DNA of 64,000 nt from Anolis carolinensis (Eukaryota). Of the stretch, positions 48,701 to 61,231 are shown piece by piece. Location: the NCBI RefSeq assembly GCF_035594765.1, contig NC_085842.1, forward strand, positions 19,072,782 through 19,136,781. The letters run 5' to 3'. A program made the translations under genes and the position numbers. How positions within the stretch are numbered: the first letter of the stretch is position 1; the number at the start of each line of letters is the position of its first letter. Under the pieces are notes generated by a model. The model worked only from the letters and a program-made list of their open reading frames with translations. It was not told the DNA's origin and did not search any database.

Positions 48701-49744
48701 CGCCTTATTCATCAGGCAACTCACAAAAGAGAAAGGCTGTGCAAATGCTTGCAATGTGGAAAGAGCTTCAGTCACAAGAATGTCCTTATTATTCATCAGG
48801 CAACTCACACAGGGGAGAAGCCATTTAAATGCTTGCAGTGTGGAAAGAGTTTCAGTCGCAAGCACGACCTTATTAGTCATCAAACAACTCACACAGTAGA
48901 GAAGCCATTTGAATGCCTGCAGTGTGAAAAGAGCTTCAGTCTAAAGGGAAGCCTTATTCGTCATCAGGCCACTCACACAGGAGAGAAACCATTCAAATGC
49001 TTGCAGTGTGAAAAGAGCTTCAGTCGGAAATCATACCTTATTCGTCATAAGGCATCTCACACAGGAGAGAAACCATTTAAATGCTTGCAGTGTAAAAAGG
49101 GCTTCAGTCAAAAGCAGCACCTTATTACTCATCAGGCAACTCACACAGGAGAGAAGCCATTTCAATGCTTTCAGTGTGAAAAGAGCTTCAGTCTAAAGGG
49201 AAACCTTATTAGTCATCAGGAAATTCACAAAGGAGTGAAGCCATTTCAATGCTTGCAGTGTAAAAAGTGCTTTAGGCGCAAGAACATTCTTATTAGTCAT
49301 CAGGCAACTCACACAGGAGAGAAGCCATTTCAATGCTTTAAGTGTGAAAAGAGCTTCAGTCTAAAGGGAAACCTTATTCGTCATCAGGCCACTCACACAG
49401 GAGAGAAGCCATTTAAATGCTTGCAGTGTGGAAAGAGCTTCAGTCGAAACTCACACCTTGTTTGCCATCAGGCAACTCACACAGGAGACAAGCCCTTTCA
49501 ATGTTTGCAGTGTGAAAATTGCTTCAGTCAAAAAAGCAGTCTTATACGTCACCAGGCAACTCACACAGGAGTGAAACCATTTCAGTGCTTGCAGTGTGAA
49601 AAGAGCTTCAGTCAAAAGAGCAACCTTATTATTCATCAGAAAACTCACACGGGAGAGAAGGCATTTAAATGCTTGCAGTGTGGAAAGAGCTTCAGTCGAA
49701 ACTCACACCTTGTTTGCCATCAGGCAACTCACAAGGGAGAGTAA
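42785..49744 (+). CDS. SCAN-KRAB-C2H2 zinc-finger protein, copy C (predicted 603 aa, 12 fingers)
   Basis: Exons 42785-43198, 44545-44644, 45912-45991, 46208-46328, 48648-49744; GT-AG and in phase. Confidence 0.85.
43558..44449 (-). mobile_element. Gypsy-type solo LTR (duplicate of 23272-24145), ORF 44445-44170
   Basis: TG...CA termini; TSD CTTAG. Confidence 0.9.
44727..45586 (-). mobile_element. L2 LINE remnant (3' part deleted)
   Basis: RT motifs; deletion junction with aattg microhomology. Confidence 0.85.
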
Positions 49745-51129
49745 CCATTTAAATGCTTGCAATGTGAAAAGGCCTTCAGTCACAAGCACACCCTTATTGG
49801 TCATCAAGCAACTCACACAGGAGTAAAGCCTGTTAAAGGATATCAGTGTGAAAAGAGCTTCAGTCACAAGCACGTCCTTATTAGTCATCAGGCAACTCAC
49901 ACAGGAGAGGAGCCATTTAAATGCTCAGTGTGAAAAGAGCTTCAGTCGGAAATCACACCTTGTTTGTCATTAAGCAACTCAAGGCAGAGGAAAACTATCT
50001 GTTTTCCATCTGTCGGGGGTGCTTTGAATGCGATTTCTTGCTTCTTGGCAGGGGTTTGGACTGGACAGCCCATGAGGTCTCTTTCAACTCTACTATTCTA
50101 CTAGAGTGTGTAAAGATCTGCAGTTGAAACACAAGCCTTCTTTTTTAATTGTCAACCTATACGGAAGAAATGGGGTAAAGGGAAGATCATTTGTTTTACA
50201 TCAGAGTGGGCATGAATCTTTGTTATAGAAACACTAAGTTAAAAAGCAATGGCTTTTGGGGAAAATAATAATCTGACCAATATCTCATTAAGCATAACTA
50301 ATATTTTGAGAGCTAAAGGAAGGATATTTCAAGTTTTCTTTTAGCCATTCATGAACATTGGTTACTGCAAATATTTCCTGTCATGTATATTCAGGGTTAC
50401 TTTTGGACTTTACCTGGACATTGCAACACAATACTTCCATTCAGGTGGGGAAATCACCTCTCCCTATCCTTGGGGAAGAACCAGTTTCACCACCCTGCGC
50501 CTTTGATGAACAGGACTTCTCGCATCAGAAGGAATCTGCATGACTACAGCCAAACCCCAACCTCTGTCATTTTGCATAATTGTATTAATATATTATGTTT
50601 TGTTTCTCTGGGGCCTGGAATCACCAGCCCAGCCCTATTAATGGGCCATGTCATGTACATCTAATAAGACAATAGCATTCCTGGGTAGGGCCAGAAAATG
50701 CCCTCAATCACTTTGTTATTTTTCCTGTTCAGTAAAAGGAGCCCCATTCATCAATGCTTAATCATCCATTGTCCCAGCCCATGCTGGCCAGTGAGCCAAG
50801 CCCCTCTCTGTGACTGGTCAGAATTCAAGGCTTGGCTGCAGGCTATGTATAAAAAGGGCTCTGAAACTGTATTCTGTATGCTATCTACTTTATGAATGTA
50901 TCACTAGCTAACATCTTACCTGCAGATAATAACATTTTCCTTGGCTGAAAATCACCTTCTCTCCTTGCTTGCTGGCTAATTTCAGTTGGGCCTAATCTAT
51001 TTGCTCACCAAAGCAGGGACTCACTCAAAATGGGCAGCTCAGGCGGATCACTTGCCTGGGTTTCTGCCAACAGGCTTCTCCCTGGTCTCCCTGCCAGGGG
51101 TTGCCTCCTAAAATGGGGCCAACAAGTAT

Positions 51130-54100
51130 CTTAGGCGATCCCTCGTAGCTCGAGGACGATTGTCTTCCATCCTTGGTGTCTTGGGGGTGGGTTCTTAAGT
51201 GGCTGAAGAGACCTATTCTTGACCCGCATATTCTCCCGCAGTGAGAACATCGGTTTCCAGGTGGAAGGCGGTCCCGGTCGGGGTTAGCTTGACGCTCCTT
51301 CCTCTTGGCATGTTTCTCCCTTAAGCCCTCTGTTCATGCCTCTTCGAACTCCGCAGCACTGCTGGTCACAGCTGACCTCCAATTAGAGCGCTCAAGGGCC
51401 AGGGCTTCCCAGTTCTCAGTGTCTATGCCACAGTTTTTAAGGTTGGCTTTGAGCCCATCTTTAAATCTCTTTTCCTGCCCACCAACATTCCGTTTCCTGT
51501 TCTTGAGTTCGGAGTAGAGTAGCTGCTTTGGGAGACGGTGATCGGGCATTCGGACAACGTGGCCAGTCCAGCGGAGTTGATGGCGTAGGAGCATCGCTTC
51601 AATGCTGGTGGTCTTTGCTTCTTCCAGCACGCTGACATTTGTCCGCCTGTCTTCCCAAGAGATTTGCAGGATTTTCCCGAGGCAACGCTGATGGAAACGC
51701 TCCAGGAGTTTGTTGTGACATCTGTAGACAGTCCACGTTTCGCAGGCGTAGAGCAGGGTTGGGAGTACAATGGCTTTGTAAACAAGCACCTTGGTCTCTC
51801 TACGGATGTCCCGGTCATCAAACACTCTCTGCTACCTACGGAAAAATGCTGCACTCGCAGAGCTCAGGCGGTGTTGTATTTCAGTGTCAATGTTGACTTT
51901 TGTGGAGAGGTGGCTGCCAAGGTAGCGGAAATGGTCAACATTATCTAATGTGACACCGTTAAGCTGTAATCCTGGCATTGCAGAGGGATTAGCTGGTGCC
52001 TGTTGGAAGAGCACTTTGGTTTTCTCGATGTTCAGTGAGAGGCCGAGCTTCTCGTATGCTTCTGCAAAGGTGTTTAGAGTGGCTTGTAGGTCTCCTTTTG
52101 AATTCGCACAGACTACGTTGTCATCGGCATATTGGAGTTCTATAACAGATGTTGTGGTGACCTTGGTTTTGGCTTTCAGTCTGCTGAGGTTAAATAGCTT
52201 GCCATCTGTCCGATAGATGATTTCCACACCGGTGGGAAGCTTCCCATCAACAAGGTGAAGTATCATAGCGATGAAGATGGAGAATAAGGTAGGGGCAATA
52301 ACACATCCCTGCTTGACACCTGATTCCACCTTAAATGGGTCACTTTGGGAGCCGTTGCTGTCCAAGACTGTTGCCATCATGTCATCATGGAGGAGCCGCA
52401 GGATGTTCACAAATTTGTCAGGGCACCCGAATTTTTGGAGGATGGTCCAGAGAGCGCTGCGATTCACTGTGTCGAATGCCTTTGCAAGGTCAATGAATGC
52501 CATGTACAAAGGTTTGTTTTGTTCCCTGCATTTTTCTTGGAGCTGTCGAGCAGTGAAGATCATGTCCACTGTTCCTCTGGAGGGGCGGAAGCCATTCTGG
52601 GATTCTGGGAGGGTGTCTTCTGAGACAGGGAGAAGGCGGTTTGCAAGGATTCTTGCAAGGATTTTCCCGGCGGAGGTTAGAAGGGAGATACCACGATAGT
52701 TCCTGCAGTCTGTTCTGTCCCCTTTCTTGAAAAGGGTGATGATGGTGGCATCCTTGAAGTCTGCTGGGATTTTCTCAGTCATCCACACTTTTTCAATGAG
52801 CTGGTGGAGTTGTTGTATCAGCTCGGGTCCACCCTCTTTGAAGATTTCAGCAGGAATCCCATCAGGTCCGCTGGCTTTGTTGTTTTTTTGTTGGCTGATG
52901 GCATTGCTGACTTCTTCCAAACTAGGCAGTGCTGCAAGCTCATCCCTGGTTTGTTTTTGCGGGATTCATGAGAGGGTCTCTTCGGCCACATTGGAGCTGC
53001 GATTCAGCAGGTTCTGGTAGTGCTCTTTCCAACGTAGTGCAATTGATGTTTTGTCCTTCAGAATTTTGGTTCCATCTGATGAGCGTAGGGGCTGTATGCC
53101 ATGGTTTCTTGGTCCATAAATGATATTTGTGGCTTTGAAAAATCTCTGAGCGTCATGGGTATCTGCAAGGTGTTGGATTTCTTCAGCCTTCTTTGTCCAC
53201 CAGATGTTCTTGAGTTCTCTGGTCCTTCTTTGGACCTCAGCTTTTGCACTGGCATAGATCTTTTTCTTGGCAGCACAGTTGGTGTCTCTCTGCCATGTTT
53301 GGAAGGCTTTCCTTTTGTTATCAATTAGCTGTTGGATCTCTGTCGTTATCATCAAACCAGTCTTGATGTTTCTTAGTTTGGTATCCAATGGTTTCTTCGC
53401 AGGCTGTGATGATGGAGGTCTTCAGTTTGTTCCAATGTTCCTCAACATTTTCGGGGTGTTCTGTGGGTAGATGATCTTTGAGTGTTGTTTGGAGAAGGGC
53501 TCGTTTGGAGGGCTCCTGAAGGGCTTGGGTGTTCATTTTGCGCCTTGTTTTTCTTCCTTGGAGTCTGCGTTTGGGGACGATCTTGATAGCCATCGTGGAT
53601 CGGATTAACCTGTGGTCTGTCCAGCAGTCATCAGCACCTGTCATGGCTCTTGTGAGAAGCACATCGCGGCGGTCTCTGGCACGTGCGATAACATAGTCCA
53701 AGAGGTTCCAATGCTTTGACCGGGGGTGCTTCCATGATGTCCTGAGCTTGTTTTTCTGGCAGAAAAACAAGGTTTCTGATGACAAGGTTGTGCTCTCCGC
53801 ATTTGGTGAGAAGCAAGATGCCATTCGAGTTGCTGTTTCCGACCCCGTCTTTTCCTATTATCCCTGGCCACAGGTCAGAGTCCCTTCCGACTCTTGCATT
53901 AAAGTCCCCCAGGAGGATGATTTTGTCCTCCTTAGGTATCTCCGATAGGATGGTGTCCAGCTGACAGTAAAAATTTTCCTTGATGTCTTCATCAGCATCT
54001 AGAGTTGGTGCATAGGCGCATATGATGGTTGCCTGTTGGTTTTTGGCAAGGTTAATTCGGAGGGTTGAGAGTCGTTCGTTGATGCCAGTGGGTGCTTCAG

Positions 54101-55882
54101 TCAGGTGCTTCACCAGGTCGTTTCTTCGCTCTTCTTCAGGCAGTCCCTTCCAGAAGAAGGTGTAGCCTCCCTTTTCTTCCTTCAGCTGTCCCTCTCTTGC
54201 TCTCCGGATCTCCTGAAGGGCTGCTATGTCGATCTTAAAGCGTCCCAGCTCCCTTGCAATGATAGCAGTCCTGCGTTTGGGCGTTCGCTGTCAGTGTTAT
54301 CTAACAATGTCCGTACGTTCCATGTTCCAAAGTTCATTTTTCTTTTTTGGCCGCAGAGTGGTGACCCCTCTGGACGCGGCAGTCCAGTCAGGGTAGGAGA
54401 GGCAGACTATGTTTAGGGCACCTTTTCTAGCCCCTTCCCCGTGTGGGGTGAGCAGAGCGGATCCTAAAAAGGGCTGCTCAGTCATGGATACAGCTGCCGG
54501 ACTACTCAACTGCCTCGGTCCTTGAGGTAGAACGACTGAGTCCATATCCACTGCCCATGTGCCAGTCTGTGACTAGGGGCTTCCAGATTTCACAGTCCTG
54601 CCCCCGTCGCCACTCGCTGATCGCCATGGGGCTTTTGTAGGTTTGTTTTTATTTTTGTTGGAAGACGCCTGTGTGTGATTTTTTTTAATGTGTGGAGGTC
54701 GGTGCACAGCCGGTCAACACACAGTCTTCACAGAGTGAGGTTCTGTGATGACTCATGGGCCTTGTAGTCCTGTTCCTAGTACTATTGTGGCAGACGAAGA
54801 GGAAAACATGGGATTTTTGCCGGTTCAGCAAGAGCCGGAGCCTCTTCACCTGCAGGATGTTGACGTTTGCCCTCAAGAATTCAGTCAAACAGGCCTTGGG
54901 CAGAGCTCCCCCCCCCCCCCCCCGTTTTCCAGGAGGGAAAATTATACTAAAGATAGGGGAGTCAGGGAGGCTAATCGCAGAAGCCTGAGAATCGCTGCCA
55001 AACAAATGGCTGATTAGGTCTGCTTTCCTTGGGAAATTCTAAGGAGTCATGCATCTGGACAGAGTTGGGTTTCGCTTCTCGTTCTCTAGGGAAAGAGTTC
55101 TGTTGGCGGGAAAACGAGACCCAATATAGGTGTTTGGCGCAACGAATACTTTGCGGAGTCAATTGATCAGCTTGAGGAGAGAGATCGTGTGTGGACTTCG
55201 TAATCCCAGTTCCTTGCTTCCCGGATCAAGCTTCAAGCCTTTGCCTTGTCTCACGGTTTTGCCACGGACTTTGTTTCATGCTTCATGTTTGCCTCGTTTT
55301 AAGTCTCGGATCAAGTCAAGAATCAAGTTTATTTCCAGCCTTGTTGTCAAGCTTCATTGGACTTTAAAGACTCTGTTATTTCCCCACACTATTGCTTGGC
55401 AAAGTGTGTGTTTCGGTCAAGTGGATTAAAACTTTGAACTCTAATATCTTATATTGGACAATACATTTCTGGACTATATTTGACCTCATCTGAAAGGTCT
55501 GCTTCTGAACTTTATTCTTCACTTGTTTTTATTGATTTTATATATTTCTTTAATAAAGATATTAGATAGAGACTGGCCTCTGTGTAAGGTTATTGGTGTT
55601 CTGCAGCCAGGGTCCTGACAGGTTCCAGCAGTGGAGTGGTTAACACAACAACAGTGGCTTCTCAGTCTGTTGCAGCCTTCTTCCGCCTTCACAGCTGTTG
55701 TAACATGTACCATGTTATCCTCCGCCTGCTCCGCCGTTGAGGTCTTTGGGTCTTCGGATTGTGCTTGGTCTGGATCCTCCCCTGCGGCCACTCCTGGGAG
55801 TGCATCACTCCAGTGGTTGTGCCCGCAGGTTCATCGGAACACGCAAGCCCCCTCACCACGGCGAGGTGACAATCCATCGAGA
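51130..55882 (-). mobile_element. Full-length RTE-1-type LINE, inactivated (duplicate of 32128-37107)
   Basis: 362-aa RT frame 52920-51832 with YADD; same TSD and the same TAG after AAFFRR. Confidence 0.93.
54744..55620 (+). mobile_element. Gypsy-type solo LTR with an intact 89-aa ORF (54748-55017)
   Basis: TG...CA termini; TSD GGTTC. Confidence 0.92.
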
Positions 55883-56192
55883 GGGACCAACAAGTATAGA
55901 CCCCTATTCTTGACCCACATGTTCTTCTACAGTGAGGACATCGATTTCCACGTGGAAGGTGGTCCCAGTCAGGGACTTTGTTTCCTGAACTGACTCTGTC
56001 TGTACAACACACCTATTAACGTTTAACATCACTTTGTGTAATTGCATACCAACCTCCCCAGCCCCCTTCTATCAAATGTCATTTTAAAAAGTTGAATTGT
56101 GAGTAATATTAAAGTAATGTTCTCAAAATGTGGAAACTTTAAGATGACAAAGTTGCCAACCATACAACGGACGCTGTTAGATAGTCACTGAT

Positions 56193-57944
56193 TTTTTTAA
56201 AAGGAGTTTAAAAAGCAGATGGATATAAAAGACATGAGAATAAGCGTAAAAGAAAATATAAAATACCTTGGAATAATCATAACCAAAGATCTAAAATCCA
56301 TAGAAAGGAAAAATCTAGAAGAATTAAGAAAACACATGGAGGTGAAGTTAAAGGATTATAATAATCTGCGATTATCATGGTTCGGCAGAATAGCCCTAGT
56401 AAAAATGAAAGTCTTACCCAAAATAAATTTCTTGTTCAGAATGATACCATTAATGATTTCAGAAAAGGAAATAAATAACTGGCAACAAATGATAAACAAA
56501 TATTGCAATAATGGTAAAAAGAACAGATTAAACAAACAAATTTGGTACAAGCCCCAAAAAGAAGGAGGATTGGGCCTTCCGAATATAAAAAAATATTATG
56601 AGGCAAACCAATTAAGATATGTAGTAGAGAAGATGATGGATGGAGAAGGTTTGGAATGGATGGAATCGGGGAATAAGGCAATTGAGTGGAGGAAGGATAA
56701 CATATTCTTTAAGGAAATCTCAAAGAAAGAGATAAAACAAATTGGAAATATATCATTAAGAAATATAATGGAAATATGGAATAAATATAAAGGACAATTA
56801 ATAAGAATTCAGTTTTAACGCCAATAATAATGGAAAAAGATTTCCCAAAGGAACTAAAAGGAACGCTAGATAAAGAATTAGAAAAAAGGGAACTAAAAAG
56901 GGTAGGAAATTGGATAGAACAAAAAATGGAAAAGGTAAAAATGAGAGAAGAATTGAGAGGAATAAATATTTCTTGGATTCATTGGATTCAATTAGAAAAA
57001 TGAAATGAAAACTGGTGGGCCCGAAATAAAACTGGAAAACAAATAACGCAATTTGAGGAATTAATAATAAAAGCATTAAAAAGAGGAAATAGTGAGCCAT
57101 TAAAAGGAACAACAAGTAAAATATATAAAATACTAATTAAAGACATAGAAAAAAAGAAAAGACTAACATTAAGAGAATCATGGAAGGAGGAATTAGGAAC
57201 AAAGATAACGGGAAAAGAATGGGAGGAGATATGGAAAACAAGACAATTAAAAAACATGTCAATTAGAATAAAAGAAAATTACTACAAACTAATTTGGAAG
57301 TGGTATTTAACACCAAGAAGGTTAAATATTATGAATAAGAATAATAATGAAAAATGCTGGCGAGGGTGCCAGGAAATTGGAACCTACATGCATATGTGGT
57401 GGGATTGTAAACATGTAAAAGGTTTTTGGGAATTGGTCATAAGGGAAATAGAAAATATTATAAATATAAAAATTAGAAGGAATCCAGTGGAAATATTACT
57501 TTTAATTAAAAAAGAGGATGTGAAAGATAAGAAGGAAAAAAATTTAATAGACATGCTATTAACAGCAGCTAGATTATTAATTGCAAAATATTGGAAAGGA
57601 GAAATGAAAATACAAATTAATGAATGGTATAAAGAAGTTTGGCGAATGGCACTGAATGACAAGCTAACATCAAATTTAAAAGTAAAGAAGGGATTATGGA
57701 AAAAAAATGATTTTGAAAGTATTTGGAGAAAATTTCTAGAAAAATTATTGGAAAAAGAAGATGGGAATTTACCTCCAAATGAAGAATTGAACTTTTGGTG
57801 GGACTACAGAAGAAGAGATGGCTCTGGGGAAGGGGAGCACAGGGGTGAATGTAAATAAAAGAGGGGGAAATGTATAGAATATGTTTATATAATTGTAACT
57901 TTTTCTCAATAATAACAATAAAAAAATATTTTTTTAAAAAAAAA
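56193..57944 (+). mobile_element. 5'-truncated L1-clade LINE, unit C-specific
   Basis: IKYLGI, LSWFGRIALVKM.VLPK, GGLGLPN and C-terminal CWRGC...MHMWWDC; A-rich tail; 13-bp TSD gatagtcactgat; empty sites at ~18172 and ~37405. Confidence 0.92.
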
Positions 57945-59092
57945 GATAGTCACTGATATACTGCAATTTTGCCATTCCATAAACATGAACACAATTGGTT
58001 TACGATATTTAATTCAATGAGAATTCCTTCTGAAGAATTATTTAGTGAGGATGTGAAATCTTTTCTTTTAGCCTTGTCAAACCCCTGCAATTTGTGGTCC
58101 ATTGACAAAAAGTGGTGGATGAAAAACGGAATGGGAGGTGTGGGGAAGTGAGAAATGATTCATGATTATCAAGGATACAGAAATGGGATAAACATACTAA
58201 AGGATGATAAATGGGTAGAGAAGATATACTTCTGTGTCAACATAAGAAAAGCGTAGATGTTGCTAGTGAATCCTTTGGCTCCAGACTGGCAGCTCCAAAC
58301 ACAAAAACCCCATCAAAGCATGGGTTCCACTGGTAAGCAAAATAAGTGAGAACAAACATCAAAAGGCACAAATAGAGAGTGGGTTTAAAGCATAAACTTC
58401 ATTTAATTTTCCTTTTTAAATAGTTTTTTATATATTTATTTATAAAGACATTCATTGAATTTTCCAAAACGGTTGAGAAATTGAATACAAGATGCACCCC
58501 CTGCAAAACCTGCAGCCAGCTACAGCAGGCATGGGCAGGCTGTTAGGAATTGTGAAAGTTGTAGTCCAAACACCTGGAGGGCCCAAGTTTGCCCATGCCT
58601 GACTTACAGAAAAAGGAGCGCAATGCTTCCCCATTGCCATTCCTACAGCCCCAAACAGCACATAACAAGTCATATTTGAAAAGGCTGCATTAGCTAAAAG
58701 GTTGATAAGGATGCAAAGGGAGAGACAAGTCGCAATATCATCTGACAAAATTTTACTGATGATTCTGAAAACTCCAAAAGCTCTCATATTCAGCCTGGCA
58801 ACCTCATTTTCCACTGGGTGGATAACAAGGAAACTCACTAAAGGATTGCAAAGGACATCCTGAATAATCTAGAATACAGTGCATAATCCAACGTGCTACA
58901 CTGAAATTATGAGAGTTCGAGACAGCCATAGAGCACCCTCCAGAACAGTGGTTCCCAGCCTTTTTTTGACCAGGGACCACTTTGACAAGGGACAACTACC
59001 AAAAGGATTACAAATCAGTTTTTGGTCAACTTTAGATTCAGTCTGATTATTTGGGATGCTGATTCAGAAAATTCCATTGGATAGACCGCATC

Positions 59093-59783
59093 CCCCATGC
59101 AAAGGATCGTTACCATGACGTGGTGCTGGGGCTTGAGCGCCTCGATGATGCCATGAGCTATACCGTGCAGGGCCATCAAGACGGGAAGGTCATGGCAGAG
59201 AGGTCAGACTAAATACGATCCCTGGGGAAGGTAATGGCAACCCACCCCAGTATTCTTGCCATGAAAACTACATGGATCAGTACATGATGAGACATCATCA
59301 TGAGCAGAGACATCTCATTGGCAACGAAGGTCCGCCTAGTCAAAGCAATGGTACTCCCCATAGTAACCTATGGATGCGAGAGCTGGACCATAAGGAAGGC
59401 TGAGCGAAGGAAGATACACGCCTTTGGTGCTGGAGGAAAATCCTGAGAGTGCCTTGGACCGCATGAAGATCCAACCAGTCCATCCTCCAGGAAATAATGT
59501 CCGGCTGCTCACTGGAGGGAAGGATATTACAGGCAAAGTTGCTGCATTTTGGCCACATCATGAGAAGACTGGAAAGCTTGGAAAAGATCACAATGCTGGG
59601 GAAAATGGAAGGAAAAAGGAAGAGAGGCCGACCAAGAGCGAGATGATGGACGGTATCCTAGAAGTGACTGGGTTGACCTTGAAGGAACTGGGGGCGGCAA
59701 CGGCCGACAGGGAGCTCTGGCGTGAACTGGTCCATGAGGTCACGAAGAGTCGGAAATGACTATGCAACTCAGCAGCACCAGCT
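59093..59783 (+). mobile_element. Internally deleted BovB (5' UTR joined to 3' end), nested in a hAT-type element starting ~58947
   Basis: 9-bp TSD gaccgcatc (59084-59092, 59784-59792); BovB 5' UTR motifs (ggcaacccaccccagtattcttgcc) followed directly by the ORF C-terminus. Confidence 0.8.
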
Positions 59784-60129
59784 GACCGCATCATCTCTAG
59801 TTTCTGATACAGAACATAATGCCATCCAGTAGTTGCCATCTGCTCGCCCACAGAAAACCATATTTAATAATCTAGAACTGATGTGGTCTATCCAATGCAA
59901 TTTTCTGAATCAGCACCTTAAATAACCCTAGGAACAGGCCTAAAAATATAGACACCAAGGCCCTACTTCCAGGTGCCACATGGAATGGCTTCACTCAGGG
60001 AGAAGGAGGAGGAGGAGAAGCAGCAGTAAGAAGGCTTGCTATTGCGCCTTTTGTGGGTAGTCAGTTCTCACCTCCCGACTTCCTAGTTGCCTTGGCACTA
60101 TAAGAGGGTTTTGCGAGACCATTCGCTGT

Positions 60130-60285
60130 CATTGCAACAGGGCCGGCCCCACCATAGAGGCCACGTGACGACGCCGCCTCGGGCGCAGGTCCCGGGGGGC
60201 GCCGTCAGGCTGGGTGGGAGGTGGGGCACCGCTCTGACGGTGCCCCGCCACCCGACCAGTGCGCCCTGGCCTTGTGGCTCTCTCT
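60130..60285. promoter_or_regulatory. CpG-island-like segment, possibly a promoter of an unrelated gene cut by the duplication
   Basis: High GC and CpG content; E-box CACGTGAC ~60162; unique within the window. Confidence 0.35.
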
Positions 60286-60629
60286 TTCGCCGCCCGGGAA
60301 GGGAAGGAGGGATCCCCTCCTCCCCTCCCCGGGCGGCGAAGCCTCGTTCTTTCTCCGCCCGGGGAGGAGAGGAGGGATCCCCTCCTCCCCTCCCCGGGCG
60401 GCGAAGCCTCGTTCTTTCACCGCCCGGGGAGGAGAGGAGGGATCCCCTCCTCCCCTCCCCGGGCGGCGAAGCCTCGTTCTTTCGCCGCCCGGGAAGGGGA
60501 GGAGGGATCCCCTCCTCCCCTCCCCGGGCGGCGAAGCCTCGTTCTTTCACCGCCCGGGAAGGGGAGGAGGGGATCCCCTCCCCGGGCGGCGAAGCCTCGT
60601 TCTTTCACCGCCCGGGAAGGGGAGGAGGG
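60283..60629. repeat. 65-bp palindromic GC-rich minisatellite, about 5.3 units
   Basis: cgcccggg recurs at 60291, 60356, 60421, 60486, 60551 and 60609; each unit folds back on a central GGATCC. Confidence 0.95.
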
Positions 60630-60637
60630 CAGACATC

Positions 60638-61128
60638 ATGATGAGACATCATCATGAGCAGAGACATCTCATTGGCAACGAAGGTCCGCCTAGTCAAAGC
60701 AATGGTATTCCCCATAGGAACTTATGGTTGCGAGAGCTGGACCATAAGGAAGGCTGAGCGAAGGAAGATACACGCCTTTGAACTCTGGTGCTGGAGGAAA
60801 ATCCTGAGAGTGCCTTGGACCGCAAGAAGATCCAACCTGTCCATCCTCCAGGAAATAAAGCCCAATGGCTGCTCACTGGAGGGAAGGATATTAGAGGCAA
60901 AGCTGAAGCATTTTGGCCACATCATGAGAAGACAGGAAAGCTTGGAAAAGATCACAATGCTGGGGAAAATGGAAGGAAAAAGGAAGAGAGGCCGACCAAG
61001 GGTGAGATGGATGGACGGTATCCTTGAAGGGACTGGGGGCGGCAACAGCCGACAGGGAGCTCTGGTGTGGACTGGTCCATGAGGTCACGAAGAGTCGGAG
61101 ACGACTATGCGACTGAGCAGCAGCAGCT
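60638..61128 (+). mobile_element. BovB 3' fragment (duplicate of 38358-38849)
   Basis: Near-identical ORF 60654-61082. Confidence 0.85.
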
Positions 61129-61231
61129 GACCACATCAGCTCTAGTTTCTGATACAGAACATAATGCCATCCAGTAGTTGCCATCTGCTTGCCCACAGAA
61201 AAGCATATTTAAGGTGTCACCCCAAAGGAGA

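Noticed and set aside
51832-52920. 362-aa RT ORF as an active or domesticated gene
   Set aside because: Flanked by a stop and frameshifts, several shared with the B copy; a dead RTE.
60283-60629. CRISPR-like array of palindromic repeats; long ORFs in several frames
   Set aside because: Spacers are identical, there are no cas genes and the context is vertebrate. The ORFs arise from a stop-free GC-rich 65-bp unit.
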